NCBI GenBank assembly: GCA_002189035.1
Contig: NEEC01000012.1
Coordinates: 2,852,001-2,916,000, forward strand
DNA from: Utricularia gibba
Taxonomy: Eukaryota > Plantae > Magnoliophyta
Direction of reading: 5' to 3'
DNA: 64,000 nucleotides
A model generated the notes under the pieces. That model saw only the letters and a list, made by a program, of their open reading frames with translations. It ran no database searches and had not been told where the DNA came from. Positions 50,901 to 61,074 of this stretch are shown here, piece after piece. Position 1 is the first letter of the stretch, and every line of letters starts with the position of its first letter. Both the position numbers and the translations under genes were made by a program.

Positions 50901-52410
50901 TACCCTTGATTTTTTAATAGATACATATATGGACCAGATCTCACATGCTTGTGCACCTTTTCAGTGGATTCTCTGGATTTGAAATCCTCTACTCCGATCC
51001 AGAAGAAAACATCAGTGTAACTCTCAGTTCACCATCAGGAACTTTGCTTCTATTTCCTGTGCAAATACAGTTCTGGCCGCCGAACTGCAACGAGTTATCT
51101 GTCCAAAAGGATGTCAAACAAATAAATCTTGTTGGCTGCTTGGATGTCATAAACTACGCCATCCAATCTGTTCAATATTTTGGGTAACTATCTTTCTTTC
51201 CAGAAAGCCTCACATGATCAAGAATCTCTGTGATGACTTTCAAAATCTTTCAATTGTCACAGGAACGAGAACTTCTATGGTGAGGATAAAATCGTAGTTT
51301 CTGCTATGAACCAGAATGGAAGAAATGACGTGGACATTCCAATTTACGTGCAGCCGATCAACGACCATCCAGTCATAAGCATGCCCTCTTTTGTTATCCT
51401 GAGAGATATGGAGGAGGGAGGCATCATATTCGGTGATAAAAGGAGAGACTTTGAATTCATTCAAGATCCTGATCTTCTGCACTTCCCATGTAACTCAATG
51501 ACTGATCCTTAATTCCATGACTTCTCGTGTATCTATTCAATTGATAAAACTCCAAAAACCTTGTTCCTCAGTCAACAGGTCAAGCTTCTCACTCCTTTTG
51601 GCCGTCGAAGTTAGTGCTGGACTTCTCTCGACAAGTCTCCCTGCAGAGCTTATCAGAACAACTGAAGTTAAATTAAAAAGAAGTTACCAGTGGCAGCCTG
51701 TCCAAACCTTTGTTACCATCTCAAGGCATTTCACAGTCAAGGCAAAAGGAATCAGATTCCAAGGTTCAATCGATGACTGCAACGCCGCATTGCGGGAACT
51801 CTCGTATGAAGTGAGTTCCCATCATACAGAAGGCTCTTATGTATCCTGAGAGCTGTTTCTCATAAAACTTTTCCAGGCAGGAAAGCATGGAGCTGTTTTA
51901 TCTGTGAAAGTAACTGATCTGGGAAACCATGGCTGTTATCCTGATTGCTCTGGCATGATGACCGATTCTCTGGTGGCCGAATCTAGAGTTACTCTGATTC
52001 AACACAAACCCATGAGTTCGTCTGTAGCTCACGGTAACATTTTCAATCCCCTTTCCTTGTTTTCATGAGTAATGGAATTTACAGCAGATTGACAACCCAA
52101 CTTTTTTGGATCTCAGCTTTGGGATCGATCATTGTGGTTGAATCCATCTTGGTGTTCTCTCTTGGTGTGCTACTCCTGTTTTTCATGTGCAAATGCGCAA
52201 TGGTTCTTTTCCATGAGAAGCGTGAGAAGACCATTGAGGAGACTGAGCTATCCAAACACCAGCAACCAATCTCCACAGGCAAATGTATGCAGCTGATTCG
52301 ATCACCATTTTCTCCATAAATATCAATGGTCACAAGTGCATGCCTTCCTTATGCTTCAGGAAGAGAATGCATCAGGCCCTACAGGACAGCAATCGCGTTC
52401 TCAGAAGTAA
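47916..52410 (+). CDS. GEX2: GAMETE EXPRESSED 2 (filamin-repeat sperm surface protein), about 15-16 exons; 3' end uncertain
   Basis: Signal peptide, PAFAFSW...FTAGEIATIKV, LPKDAFGN, LHQHDLYGN, FLKDAYLYP, GTYIATY, SVWEDESVAFNVLENDY, QPINDHP and C-terminal TM SIIVVESILVFSLGVLLLFFMCKC. Exons join in frame. Confidence 0.9.
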
Positions 52411-52503
52411 GCAGTTGCAAGATCAGCAGATGAAGGGATCATGTCATACAAACTTGAACCAGTTAACTAAGAAACGAGTACTACTACATTTCTTTAATTT
52501 ATA

Positions 52504-52563
52504 TGGGCTATTGGGACACGTTATATTAGTCTGGGCCCAACCGGAAATCTGGTTGGAGGCCCA
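52504..52563 (+). promoter_or_regulatory. site II cluster upstream of the SDR pseudogene
   Basis: TGGGCT 52504, TGGGCC 52532 and GGCCCA 52558, followed by a leader with a strong donor (CAG/GTAAG near 52666). Confidence 0.5.
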
Positions 52564-52711
52564 ATCGCTTTAAGTCCATCGGAATCGAAGGTTCGGTATT
52601 CGTTAGTTTCCCAGAAAGAAGGAACGTGACGGTGCTCCAGGTTCCATTGATAACAAGCATATCAGGTAAGATCCCCTGTTGAGTTTGTGGGATTTTGATA
52701 CAATCGATGAT

Positions 52712-53082
52712 ATGGCGGCCTCACCGGCGGATAATCTGATTAACATCGGGGACGCCGTTGCACCGAAAACCGTTCTGACAACTAGGGTTAACCGTTCTCA
52801 CAACATCGGGGATAACAGTTAACCTGTCTTCTGGATGGAGGTCTGGTGCTTCAGAATGGGCAGTTGAGGGCTTGACTCTGGCTGTTGCAAAAGAGATACC
52901 TCCCGGAATCGCCATTATTGCGGTTAGCCCTGGTGTGGTGAATATTGATATGCTTCACTTTTTCTTAGGAAGTTCGGCTGCAATGTATTCTACTCCCGAA
53001 TCATGTGGGCTCCAAGTGCAGCGACTTTGATCCTCCTCTATCTGACTATTGCAGATAACGGTGCATCTCTCACTCACTGTGA
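52712..53082 (+). pseudogene. collapsed NADPH-dependent pterin aldehyde reductase (At1g10310-type SDR) pseudogene
   Basis: MAASP...KTVLTT joined directly to GITVNLSSGWRSGASEWAVEGLTLAVAKEIPPGIAIIAVSPGVVNIDML...WAPSAATLIL...DNGASLT. The cofactor-binding core and the YxxxK segment are missing, and there are frameshifts. Confidence 0.8.
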
Positions 53083-53169
53083 TGTAACTATGATCCTCCT
53101 AGTGTTGCTCCAAGTTGCCATTTGTACTGAAATTTAAGTATCATGTGATTTTTGTAGTCTGTGACAGTG

Positions 53170-53640
53170 GCATTCCCCTAATATCATATGACCTACGAGA
53201 TGAAGCCATCAGAGGGGAATACTCTGGTTCCATTTCATTGGTTGCTGCATCTGTTGCTTTAGCTGCAAAGTGCCATTGGCATTGCTATTTCACTGGTTTC
53301 AGTTTTGTGTTCCAGTAGAAGATCAAAGTTAAACCAGGGAAAGAACAAAGCGGGCTCCCAAGAACTGTAATTGTGTGGATCATGTACAAGTCCAGTTATT
53401 TAGAATCTATGAGACGATTGAACTGAAATCTGCATTGTCTCTGTGTATTTGTTGCCCCCTTTGAAAGAGGGCTGATCTAGAACCCACCATGGGAATCTTG
53501 GAGAATAAAAAGACATAGGATTGCACAGTGGCTGAACCCTTTTATGATATGAGGACCACCACACGAAAAAAGGATCTCGGTGGGATATTTGTATCTACAG
53601 GAAGGGAATCAAATAAAAAAAGCCTTATCTCTGGAAGAAT
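53170..53640 (+). pseudogene. eroded PLS-E class PPR gene relic
   Basis: In order: ISY..DEAI (53199), SLVAASVALAA..HCY, KVKPGKEQ (53325-53348), NCVD (53369-53380), EPTMGI, VAEPFYDM, GIFVSTGR (53582-53605). Colinear with the L2-S2-E1-E2 motifs. Confidence 0.45.
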
Positions 53641-53791
53641 CATTCCACTTTCTTCCTTTGTTCACTCACTTTGCATATTTACCTTTATCTGCCCCTCTCC
53701 CTATAAAAGATGGGTCCCCAATGCTGGAGCACACATATCATCAAGCAAAAACTCCTCTCCTCTCTTCTTCTATCACACCCCTCCCTCTACA

Positions 53792-54019
53792 ATGTCAACT
53801 GAAAAAGATATGATCGCCATTGGAATTGAAGGCTTCCAGTTCAGAGATGCATTCCTAGGAATGAAGAGGAAGACAGTGGAAAAGCAAGGGACTGATTGTT
53901 TATACAAGTTTTACCTGCCTCAGACCCCTATTCATCAGATACATCCAGAGATGGAAAACAGGTACCAGGTGACATGCTATGGCTATTCAAAGAGGAACCC
54001 AAGGGCTGTTTCCTGTTAA
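53792..54019 (+). CDS. hypothetical 75-aa protein
   Basis: TATAAAA at 53702-53708, CT-rich leader, ACAATG start. MSTEKDMIAIGIEGFQ...YSKRNP resembles small plant proteins with IGxEGF and YSKRxP ends (recalled, unverified). Confidence 0.5.
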   Translation: MSTEKDMIAIGIEGFQFRDAFLGMKRKTVEKQGTDCLYKFYLPQTPIHQIHPEMENRYQVTCYGYSKRNPRAVSC

Positions 54020-54909
54020 CCTGTGGAGTTGCTCTGTTGCTGTCTTGTTTTGAATCTCAGCAGCAAACACAGTCACCTTTGTACTGTGGATCTTGTAGCC
54101 ATGTAGCAGTTGTGGCTGTTGGATGTGTAAAGCATGTATATAAATACTCATGTGAATAAATTTCCCAGCCTCATCATCTCTTCCACTGCTCTCACCTTTT
54201 TACTTGCATTCGCTCATGTAAACAAAAAAAGAAAAAAAAACGATATTTTACTCTCTGATCTGATATCTTTTATAATATCTAGATATTAATATTTTATTTT
54301 AAATATCTGTTTTTATTATATAAAATATAAATTTATATGTCCGTATGTACACATTTTTCCAAATCTTAGAAGAGTTTGATAAATGTATATCTCCTCTCCA
54401 CTCTGTGAATTTGCATCTATAGAATTTGAATATGTAACAAATATAGTAATTTTTTCTATACTATTTATATTACACATATTTTAAATAAATTTAAAATATT
54501 TAGGTACATTTGATGTTAACGTTAAATATGAAAATTTGGAGTAAAATACTCAAAAAAAATGTTAATTATTATTTTAAATTATAATATTTCACTAAAAATA
54601 AACAAAAATTGCAGTCCGGTTTAAAGAAATTGGGCCTACCACTCGCACAATTTAATTTGGGTTGTCGCTCAGTGTATGGTTTTGGGCCAAGGAATCGTCT
54701 TCTTCACTTTTGTAAGATCCTTTCTGTCCATACCATTTGCTCGAGAATCTTTTGTCGCCGCCGTGGCCGCCGCAGGTATTCCATCCATCACTGTCCTCGT
54801 GATTACCTTTAGGTTGGAGAATATTTCTGGAATTCTTCATTTGGTATTGCTATTATGCGTCTAATTAATGATTGCTCAATGAAAGAAATCCCACGCAATC
54901 GTGTTTCCA

Positions 54910-55460
54910 ATGGGCGCTATTGCTTCCGGCGCACTGGTGACTCTGAGTGAATTGAATCAGTCGTCGCCGTATTTCAAGCAGGGGACCTCGCTTCGGTTGA
55001 TCGGAAAGTAGGTGTTTGAAAAAATTCCCCAGTTTCGTCGAAGAATTTCATATTTATACCCAATTTCCTACTATGTCCCTGTGCATACTCACAGATTAGT
55101 CGACTATAACCTGGAGACATCAATGGCAGTGATCATGGACGGTGATGCAAGTATGAAGGTGCACACAGGCCTCCTGACAATCCGTTTTCGTGTTGGTTCC
55201 CTCTATCAGTTCATCGGTGAGCTGAATATAGAGCCTGATCACCAGGTAAATGATCTTGGCACTAAAGACTTGAGCTTAGAAGTAGAAATGCATAGCCATC
55301 GATAGTAGCAAGATGCTCATTGTGATTGATTCCTGTTCAGGGGACTCTGAGAGCCAGAGTGGGTAGACTGGTGGATGGCTTGGATATGAACCTCTATCGA
55401 CAATCGCTGCAGCTGTTAAGGGAGCATTTGCCTGAGCTAGCCCCTGCTCATGATCCTTGA
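54910..55460 (+). CDS. TEN1: CST complex subunit TEN1; 3 exons, 122 aa
   Basis: Exons 54910-55007, 55095-55245 and 55341-55460 (369 nt). SPYFKQGTSLRLIGKL, FRVGSLYQFIGEL and ARVGRLVDGLDMNLYRQSLQLLR match plant TEN1. Site II motifs at 54631 and 54683. Confidence 0.92.
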
Positions 55461-56723
55461 TTCTTGCATCTTATTCCTGCAGCCCCAATCCAAGATCCTG
55501 TCCCTTTAAACCTGGATCATTGCCTAGTACAGTTCTTTGGCTAGTCTCTGTAGAGCCACCTCCTATCTCTCCAAGTCCTATGATCTCTTCTTCTTCATCT
55601 TCTTCAGTTGCCCCCCACAAGAACCTCCTCCACTGCTACTTTTCATCATCCAGTGCAGTTCTTCCTTCCATTAAAGATCTTCTCTATTTCACTAAGAATG
55701 AATTTTTATATATAACGTGATCAATTTTATCATACACTCAAAACAAAATAATCATTTTTGTAATACATTCTAACAAATTATGAGCCCAAAAGCATGCCAA
55801 ACAATTCCATCATGCAAATGGTTGGATGGAAATCCACTTTGATAGAAAAAAGTGACCATCTTCATCTTTGAAAAGGAGAAATCTATTATGCAGATATGTT
55901 GAGTGATATATTATAATGTTTTAAATGACTATGATTGAATACCTAAGATTTGGTTTCTTATATACATTTTGGGGTATTTTTTTTCAATGTCAAATTACAT
56001 ACATTTTAAGTTAAAATAAATTCATAAATTAAATATTTTTTATTTTCAAAATTACAGCTTCCATTCCATCCATGACCACCGAACGGCTACTGCATTAATT
56101 GCGTTTTCTACCCCGCTTTTATTTCGTTCTTCGTTTCGCACCCGCTGGCCGGAGAATTATATCCGGGAACTGAACTGAACCATCTTCATCGTGCAAATGT
56201 TATTTACTTCTCCCTTCATGGCATGAAGGTGGGTTTAGAGTATAGAAAAGCTCGCATGTCGACCTCTGGGATGAATTTTGTGTTTGGGTGTGATTGGTTG
56301 GTGGAAGAACCAATAATGGGTGTCAAAGTGACAACTGAAGTGATCTGTTTGAAAGAGATGGAAGTGCAGAAATCTCACTGCTGTAGGATTTGATAGATGT
56401 CTTATCAGTGGATAAGATATTCAAACACATCCATCTCAGTGGACTGACAGAGACACCTGCTGGGATTCTAATGTTGTAACTTGTAGTAGTAGAAGGGGAT
56501 GTTCATGACTTGACTAGAGGAGGAGGAGGAGGATCGCGTGGACCGTACTGTCTGTCTTCTTGATTTGGGGGTCTCGTGATGCTGCCCCCGTGTGTGCTGG
56601 TGCCAACCCATCCAATCAACTCATGGCGCAACGCCAAAGACCATGCACTGTATCAAGGGGTTTCCCTGAGCATGGCCAAGTTCAGAAGCTTCAGAATTGG
56701 GAACTGGGCAGTGTTCTTGGGGA

Positions 56724-56936
56724 GTGTTTATAGCGCTTCTGCTTCTACATTTCGAGTGGTTTACAGCTAAAATCACATTCTGAAGTTCAGAATCACAGTC
56801 TGCTGGATGTAGATCAAGAGGGAATGCAAGTGGGTGTTTATAGCGCTTCTGCTTCTACATTTCGAGAGGTTTATAGCTAAAATCACATTCTGAAGTGCAG
56901 AATCACAATCTACTGGATGTAGATCATGCAAGTGGG
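56724..56936. repeat. two-copy tandem duplication, period 110 bp
   Basis: A 93-bp core GTGTTTATAGCGCTTCTGCTTCTACATTTCGAG...GGATGTAGATCA occurs at 56724-56816 and 56834-56926 with 5 substitutions. Each copy is followed by TGCAAGTGGG. Confidence 0.95.
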
Positions 56937-57308
56937 TTCCCGGAATCCCTCAAGTAGCTGCGGTAATGGGACTGGTGGGGTACTACTTCTGGTGACTCTG
57001 GTAGCGTGAGGAGGGAGGATAAATATACAGAGTAGATAGAGTAGGGGTTCGTGGGCGTCGTGTCGAGGCGAATTCACGGCTACTTTTTCACTCCCCTTTG
57101 ACCCAAATCTTCGTCCTCTTGACGGAGGAGGCCCGTGGCATCCGCGCAGGGCGGGGTGACACGGAGATCAAGATTCCCTGATCTGATACATTCCTGTGTC
57201 CCCAGTGAAGAAGTGGAATTCGCGACACCGACACGTGTACGTTGATCATCTAGCAAAGGGGATCGGATCCCATGTGAGGAGCATTCATACCCTAATTATC
57301 TCAAGGAG

Positions 57309-57448
57309 AAAACCCTAGACTGGATTAGGGTTTTGTGGATCATCATTTAGGCAAAGAGCCTGTATGGGGTTTTACCAAGTCTCACCCTAGTGTTTCTAGG
57401 GTTTAGGGTTTGAAGGAGAATTCCAAATTCCAAATTCCAAATTCCAAA
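57309..57448. repeat. interstitial telomere-like motifs plus (AATTCCA)4
   Basis: AAAACCCTA/TAGGGTTTT (57309-57334), ACCCTAG/CTAGGGT (57384-57402), TAGGGTTTAGGGTTT (57397-57411), then four AATTCCA units from about 57419. Confidence 0.8.
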
Positions 57449-58231
57449 ATAACAGCAACCATACTGGTACATAAGCACAAGCAAGTACTGTACAAATCCA
57501 ATCTAGTCTATGTTCATGCCTCCTCGCTTACTGGCAACTAGCAAGACAGCAAGTCATGGGTCGGTCCCATTCACATGCACCAGACTCGCTAAAGTGGCAA
57601 CCATACTCGTACCTGGATCTGTGAGCATTGCTGGAGTGGAAGGCGAAGCATATCCTCAAGCTCAGCCCCTCCTCACAGCGCCTGTTGTGTAGGTCACGAG
57701 TCATAACAGCTCCCTGTACCTAACAAATAAATATACGTCCGGATGGGCATTGGATATCCAAAGGTCTCCCTCCTTGCAGTGTGGGATCCCGGATGGGAAG
57801 TTGCAGGTGTGTTTACATGTTCTCAAACTCTTAGTTTGAGCATGTAAGTTCAGAAGGGTCTGAACAGGAATCCCTTTTCCTTGGTTTTCTTTTTTTCACG
57901 TGGGGCATCACTATATCTTGTCGCGGCTTCTAAACTAGGAACAAAAAAAGAGGAGCTTTCATTTGCATGAACAGAAGCAATTGATGTGTCCCAAATCTCA
58001 CTTGGGATCTTCTTTCATTTCAAAGGTAAAAATGGGACAAGTCCCTGAACTTACCAAGAGGGTGGAAGTACGAGTTCGGCAAAAATGTGAGTGATAACTT
58101 TTTTCCTCGTGTCATGTTCTCTGTCCCATGTTGCTCTCAATGCCCATTTCCTCTATATATACTACAGATAGATGATCATATTCCTACCAAGTTTCATGTT
58201 ACTTTGCACTGTTAAAAACTAGAAACCAAAA

Positions 58232-58735
58232 ATGGAGGAAGAAGTGGAGGAGCCATCACCTGTAAGAGGCGCACATGAGCTGCATCATTCATCTTCCTCT
58301 TCTGTCGTTAAACTCTTCGGGTTTGCAGTCACAAACTGTGAGAAACTCCCCATTGAAACTAAGAAGTTTGAGTGTCAGCATTGCAACCGGAAGTTCGCAA
58401 ACTCGCAAGCACTAGGTGGCCATCAGAACGCGCATAAGAAGGAACGCCAGAGAGCTAAAAGAGCCCATTTCATGCAAGATCATTGGCGTTTAGCCTCTGC
58501 CATCAATGCTGACAGAGCAGCAGGGTCAGCATTCGGTGCTAGGCTTCCTTTGCAAACTGATCATGCTTATGTGTATGCTCCACAGGTCCTATCAGGCATG
58601 CCGTTGATGCACCCCGCCGGGGTCATGGCTCGATCGCAGCGGCAGGCGATTGACTACGGTGGCCGGAGCGAACCCCATGTGTCTGGAGGGATGGAGGATG
58701 TTAGCGAGGCAGTGGATGTTGATCTGCATCTGTAA
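58232..58735 (+). CDS. single C2H2 QALGGH zinc-finger repressor (ZFP8/GIS-like)
   Basis: KLFGF motif, [27 protein letters not shown] and C-terminal EAR-like VDVDLHL*. Intronless. Confidence 0.93.
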   Translation: MEEEVEEPSPVRGAHELHHSSSSSVVKLFGFAVTNCEKLPIETKKFECQHCNRKFANSQALGGHQNAHKKERQRAKRAHFMQDHWRLASAINADRAAGSAFGARLPLQTDHAYVYAPQVLSGMPLMHPAGVMARSQRQAIDYGGRSEPHVSGGMEDVSEAVDVDLHL

Positions 58736-59699
58736 CATTGTGGCTTTTAGATGTCCAGCCATTGTATGTGTCACCATGCCTTGGAAATTCCCAGAACCAA
58801 TGCCTAGTATTTTCTAATATCCTAAGAAAACAAAACAAGTCAGAAGTTTAAGCTTGTTCTCCAATTCCTTTTTCCAAGTAGGGAAAGAGGATTGAGGTTT
58901 TGACTCCACCTGTTCGACGAAACGACCAAACGGGGTAATTCAATGGTTTTCCCTCTCTTCGCCTCTCTTCTCCCCGCTCCTCTCTGAGAGGATCGGAAAT
59001 GAAGGAACTTGCGAACCAGAACCCAGAGAGCAATGACAGATCTGCAGCAGAGATGAAAAGAAAACAGAGAATTCTCCGTTATAAAGCATATGAAATCCAG
59101 GGGAAAACGCAAGCCACGATCCGCGACGCTTTCCGATGGGTGAAACGAGGATTCTTCTACATAATTCATACCTGATCCGATCGATGCCCCGTAGACTCCA
59201 ACTATTCCGTTTACTCGGCTTGCAGAAAGAAGAAACCGTACGGCAAATGCGGTTGAGTGGCAGGAGATGAGGCCAAATGGTACGATTCTGGTAATCTTCG
59301 GTCGGGCAGGTGAGCTCTGCAAATGCTTCTGAAAACGTTGAAAAAGGTACCAGAAGCCATAGCAGACGTGAATATTTATTTGAGTTAGACGTGTAAACGT
59401 GGGCCTTTGTACAGAAACTTTGAGTGGCCGGTGCCACAATGAGCAATACACAGAAAATTGATGCCCATCCCTCGTCTTCTCTCTACTCTCTGCTATTCCA
59501 TGCGACATGGAAACACTCTCTTGTCTTCTCTCTGGTCTCTGGGGTTCCCAACAAACATGCACACACACACACACAGAGACATGAAGACAATAGAGCACAA
59601 GAAAACTTCATGGTTCTAACTGACTGGAATGCCATCAAGATGCCAGTTGTTTACACGCCTCAAAGCAGGTGACTGCAATCAAGATTACCCCATGCTTTC

Positions 59700-60440
59700 A
59701 GATGCTATGCATCATCTGTGTAAACCTGGTAGACCTGCTATGCATCGGTGTATCTAGCCTTTTGTTTCAAACTTGGGTTTACTAATTCAATGTTACTATG
59801 ATTCATCCTACTGGTAGAAGCACTCGATGTGCATGAGCAAGACAGAAAGTCAGGTTATAACCTTCTCCTAAATCCAGTTTCGGTTCCGAGTTTTCCTGAC
59901 TCAACATTTACCAGATGGCAGACTCAGCTTCTTCAACCTGTACTGCTACAATGGTGAACACGCAGGACACCAGCATAAGTGTCCTGGATCAAGGAAGTCC
60001 CATGTGACATGGAGCCTATGTTTGAGGACTACGCCCTGGGAATCACTTGGTGGGGTGCTAAAGCCACACCTTTTCTAACAACCACAGTGCCAGACTAGAG
60101 ACTGTAGCCATATCCAGGAAGACCCATTTCAAGACTCATTTCGAAGTGTCCTCACTTCGACTGCGTAATTAAATGCACAGGCTTGAGGTGCAAACAACAC
60201 ACTGGAGTAGGATGGCGGTGATGGGACAAAGGACTCAAAGACTGGTTAATATGCAATGAGATTCAGGCTGGAGTTCCAGGGGCGGCATGGCGGCCGACGA
60301 ACTCACAGACAGAGACATGGTGAGCATCATCATACACGGGAGCTGGCTCAACCATGCAAGATCTTGATTCTTGAGTCTACACAAACATGACTGGTTCTTG
60401 AATCCTTGATTATCAGGTATGGCAAACATTTTGGTCCATT
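59700..60440 (+). pseudogene. eroded PLS-class PPR gene relic
   Basis: KLGFTNSML (59769-59795), EALDV, PDSTF, DSFRSVLTS, then one frame with LVNM (60242)...DELTDRDMVSIIIHG (60296-60340)...HARS*FLSL. Resembles FDEMPDRDVVSWNSIIHG. Confidence 0.5.
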
Positions 60441-61074
60441 AATCCCCTATGGGCCGGCCCACTGGACTACTCTTGACATGATTACCTCCATTCTATCTCA
60501 TGGGCTTTACTAACCTTACAGGCCCAAACACGTGGAATTATTAAATATTTATATTATTTATTGAAGTGTTGTTGAAAATATTTTAATATTTATTGAAGAT
60601 AAGGTAGTAATTATAATTCTAAAAAAGCATGTTATAATCAGATAATTAAATTAAATATAAAAATTAGACAAACACTATTTTATAATTTTTTTTCAAATTG
60701 TTTATTTTTTGTATAAATTAGTTAATAAAGAGGCGTGCTGCGGGATAAATTTATGGTCGGAAGGTTGAAGTGAAGAGGCGCGTGACTGCTCACTCTCTCT
60801 GTTTTCCCTATCCACGATTTCCTTATAAAACTGCTCTCTTCGCCTCACTCTTCCACCCCATTCTCCTCCTCCTCCTCCTCCTCCCTGGCCTGAATTCCTC
60901 CGCCTCTCTTTCTCATACGATCCTCCGTCGCAGCCGTGAATCTACCGGAGCTTGATATCGCCGTGGGTGAGGCTTAGCAAGGCAGATCTTTTGTTCGATT
61001 CGGATAGTATAGGGAGGGATTGATTGACCTGTGTTTTTGTTTTCTCATTCGGATTTAGTTTTACGCGGGACAAG

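Noticed and set aside
57300-57650. Telomerase RNA candidate (AACCCTAAACCCT template-like sequence on the minus strand)
   Set aside because: No USE/TATA type-3 promoter upstream and no other conserved TR motifs.
57600-57810. Tandem CCCH (TZF)-like fragments HPG..ARR, CKEGD and RICFAFH on the minus strand
   Set aside because: The fragments overlap in different frames and their spacing does not fit; indistinguishable from chance by eye.
58840-59598. 252-aa and 168-aa minus-strand ORFs
   Set aside because: They start in a microsatellite or with non-ATG codons, have no recognisable domain and have an unprotein-like composition.
59963-60160. Perfect 8-bp hairpins (59963-59986, 60141-60160; also 57815-57845)
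   Set aside because: Several stems of this size are expected by chance in 64 kb, and no larger fold is evident.
60325-60350. miR160 target-mimic-like site
   Set aside because: Needs an insertion, a deletion and several mismatches, and lacks the 3-nt central bulge.
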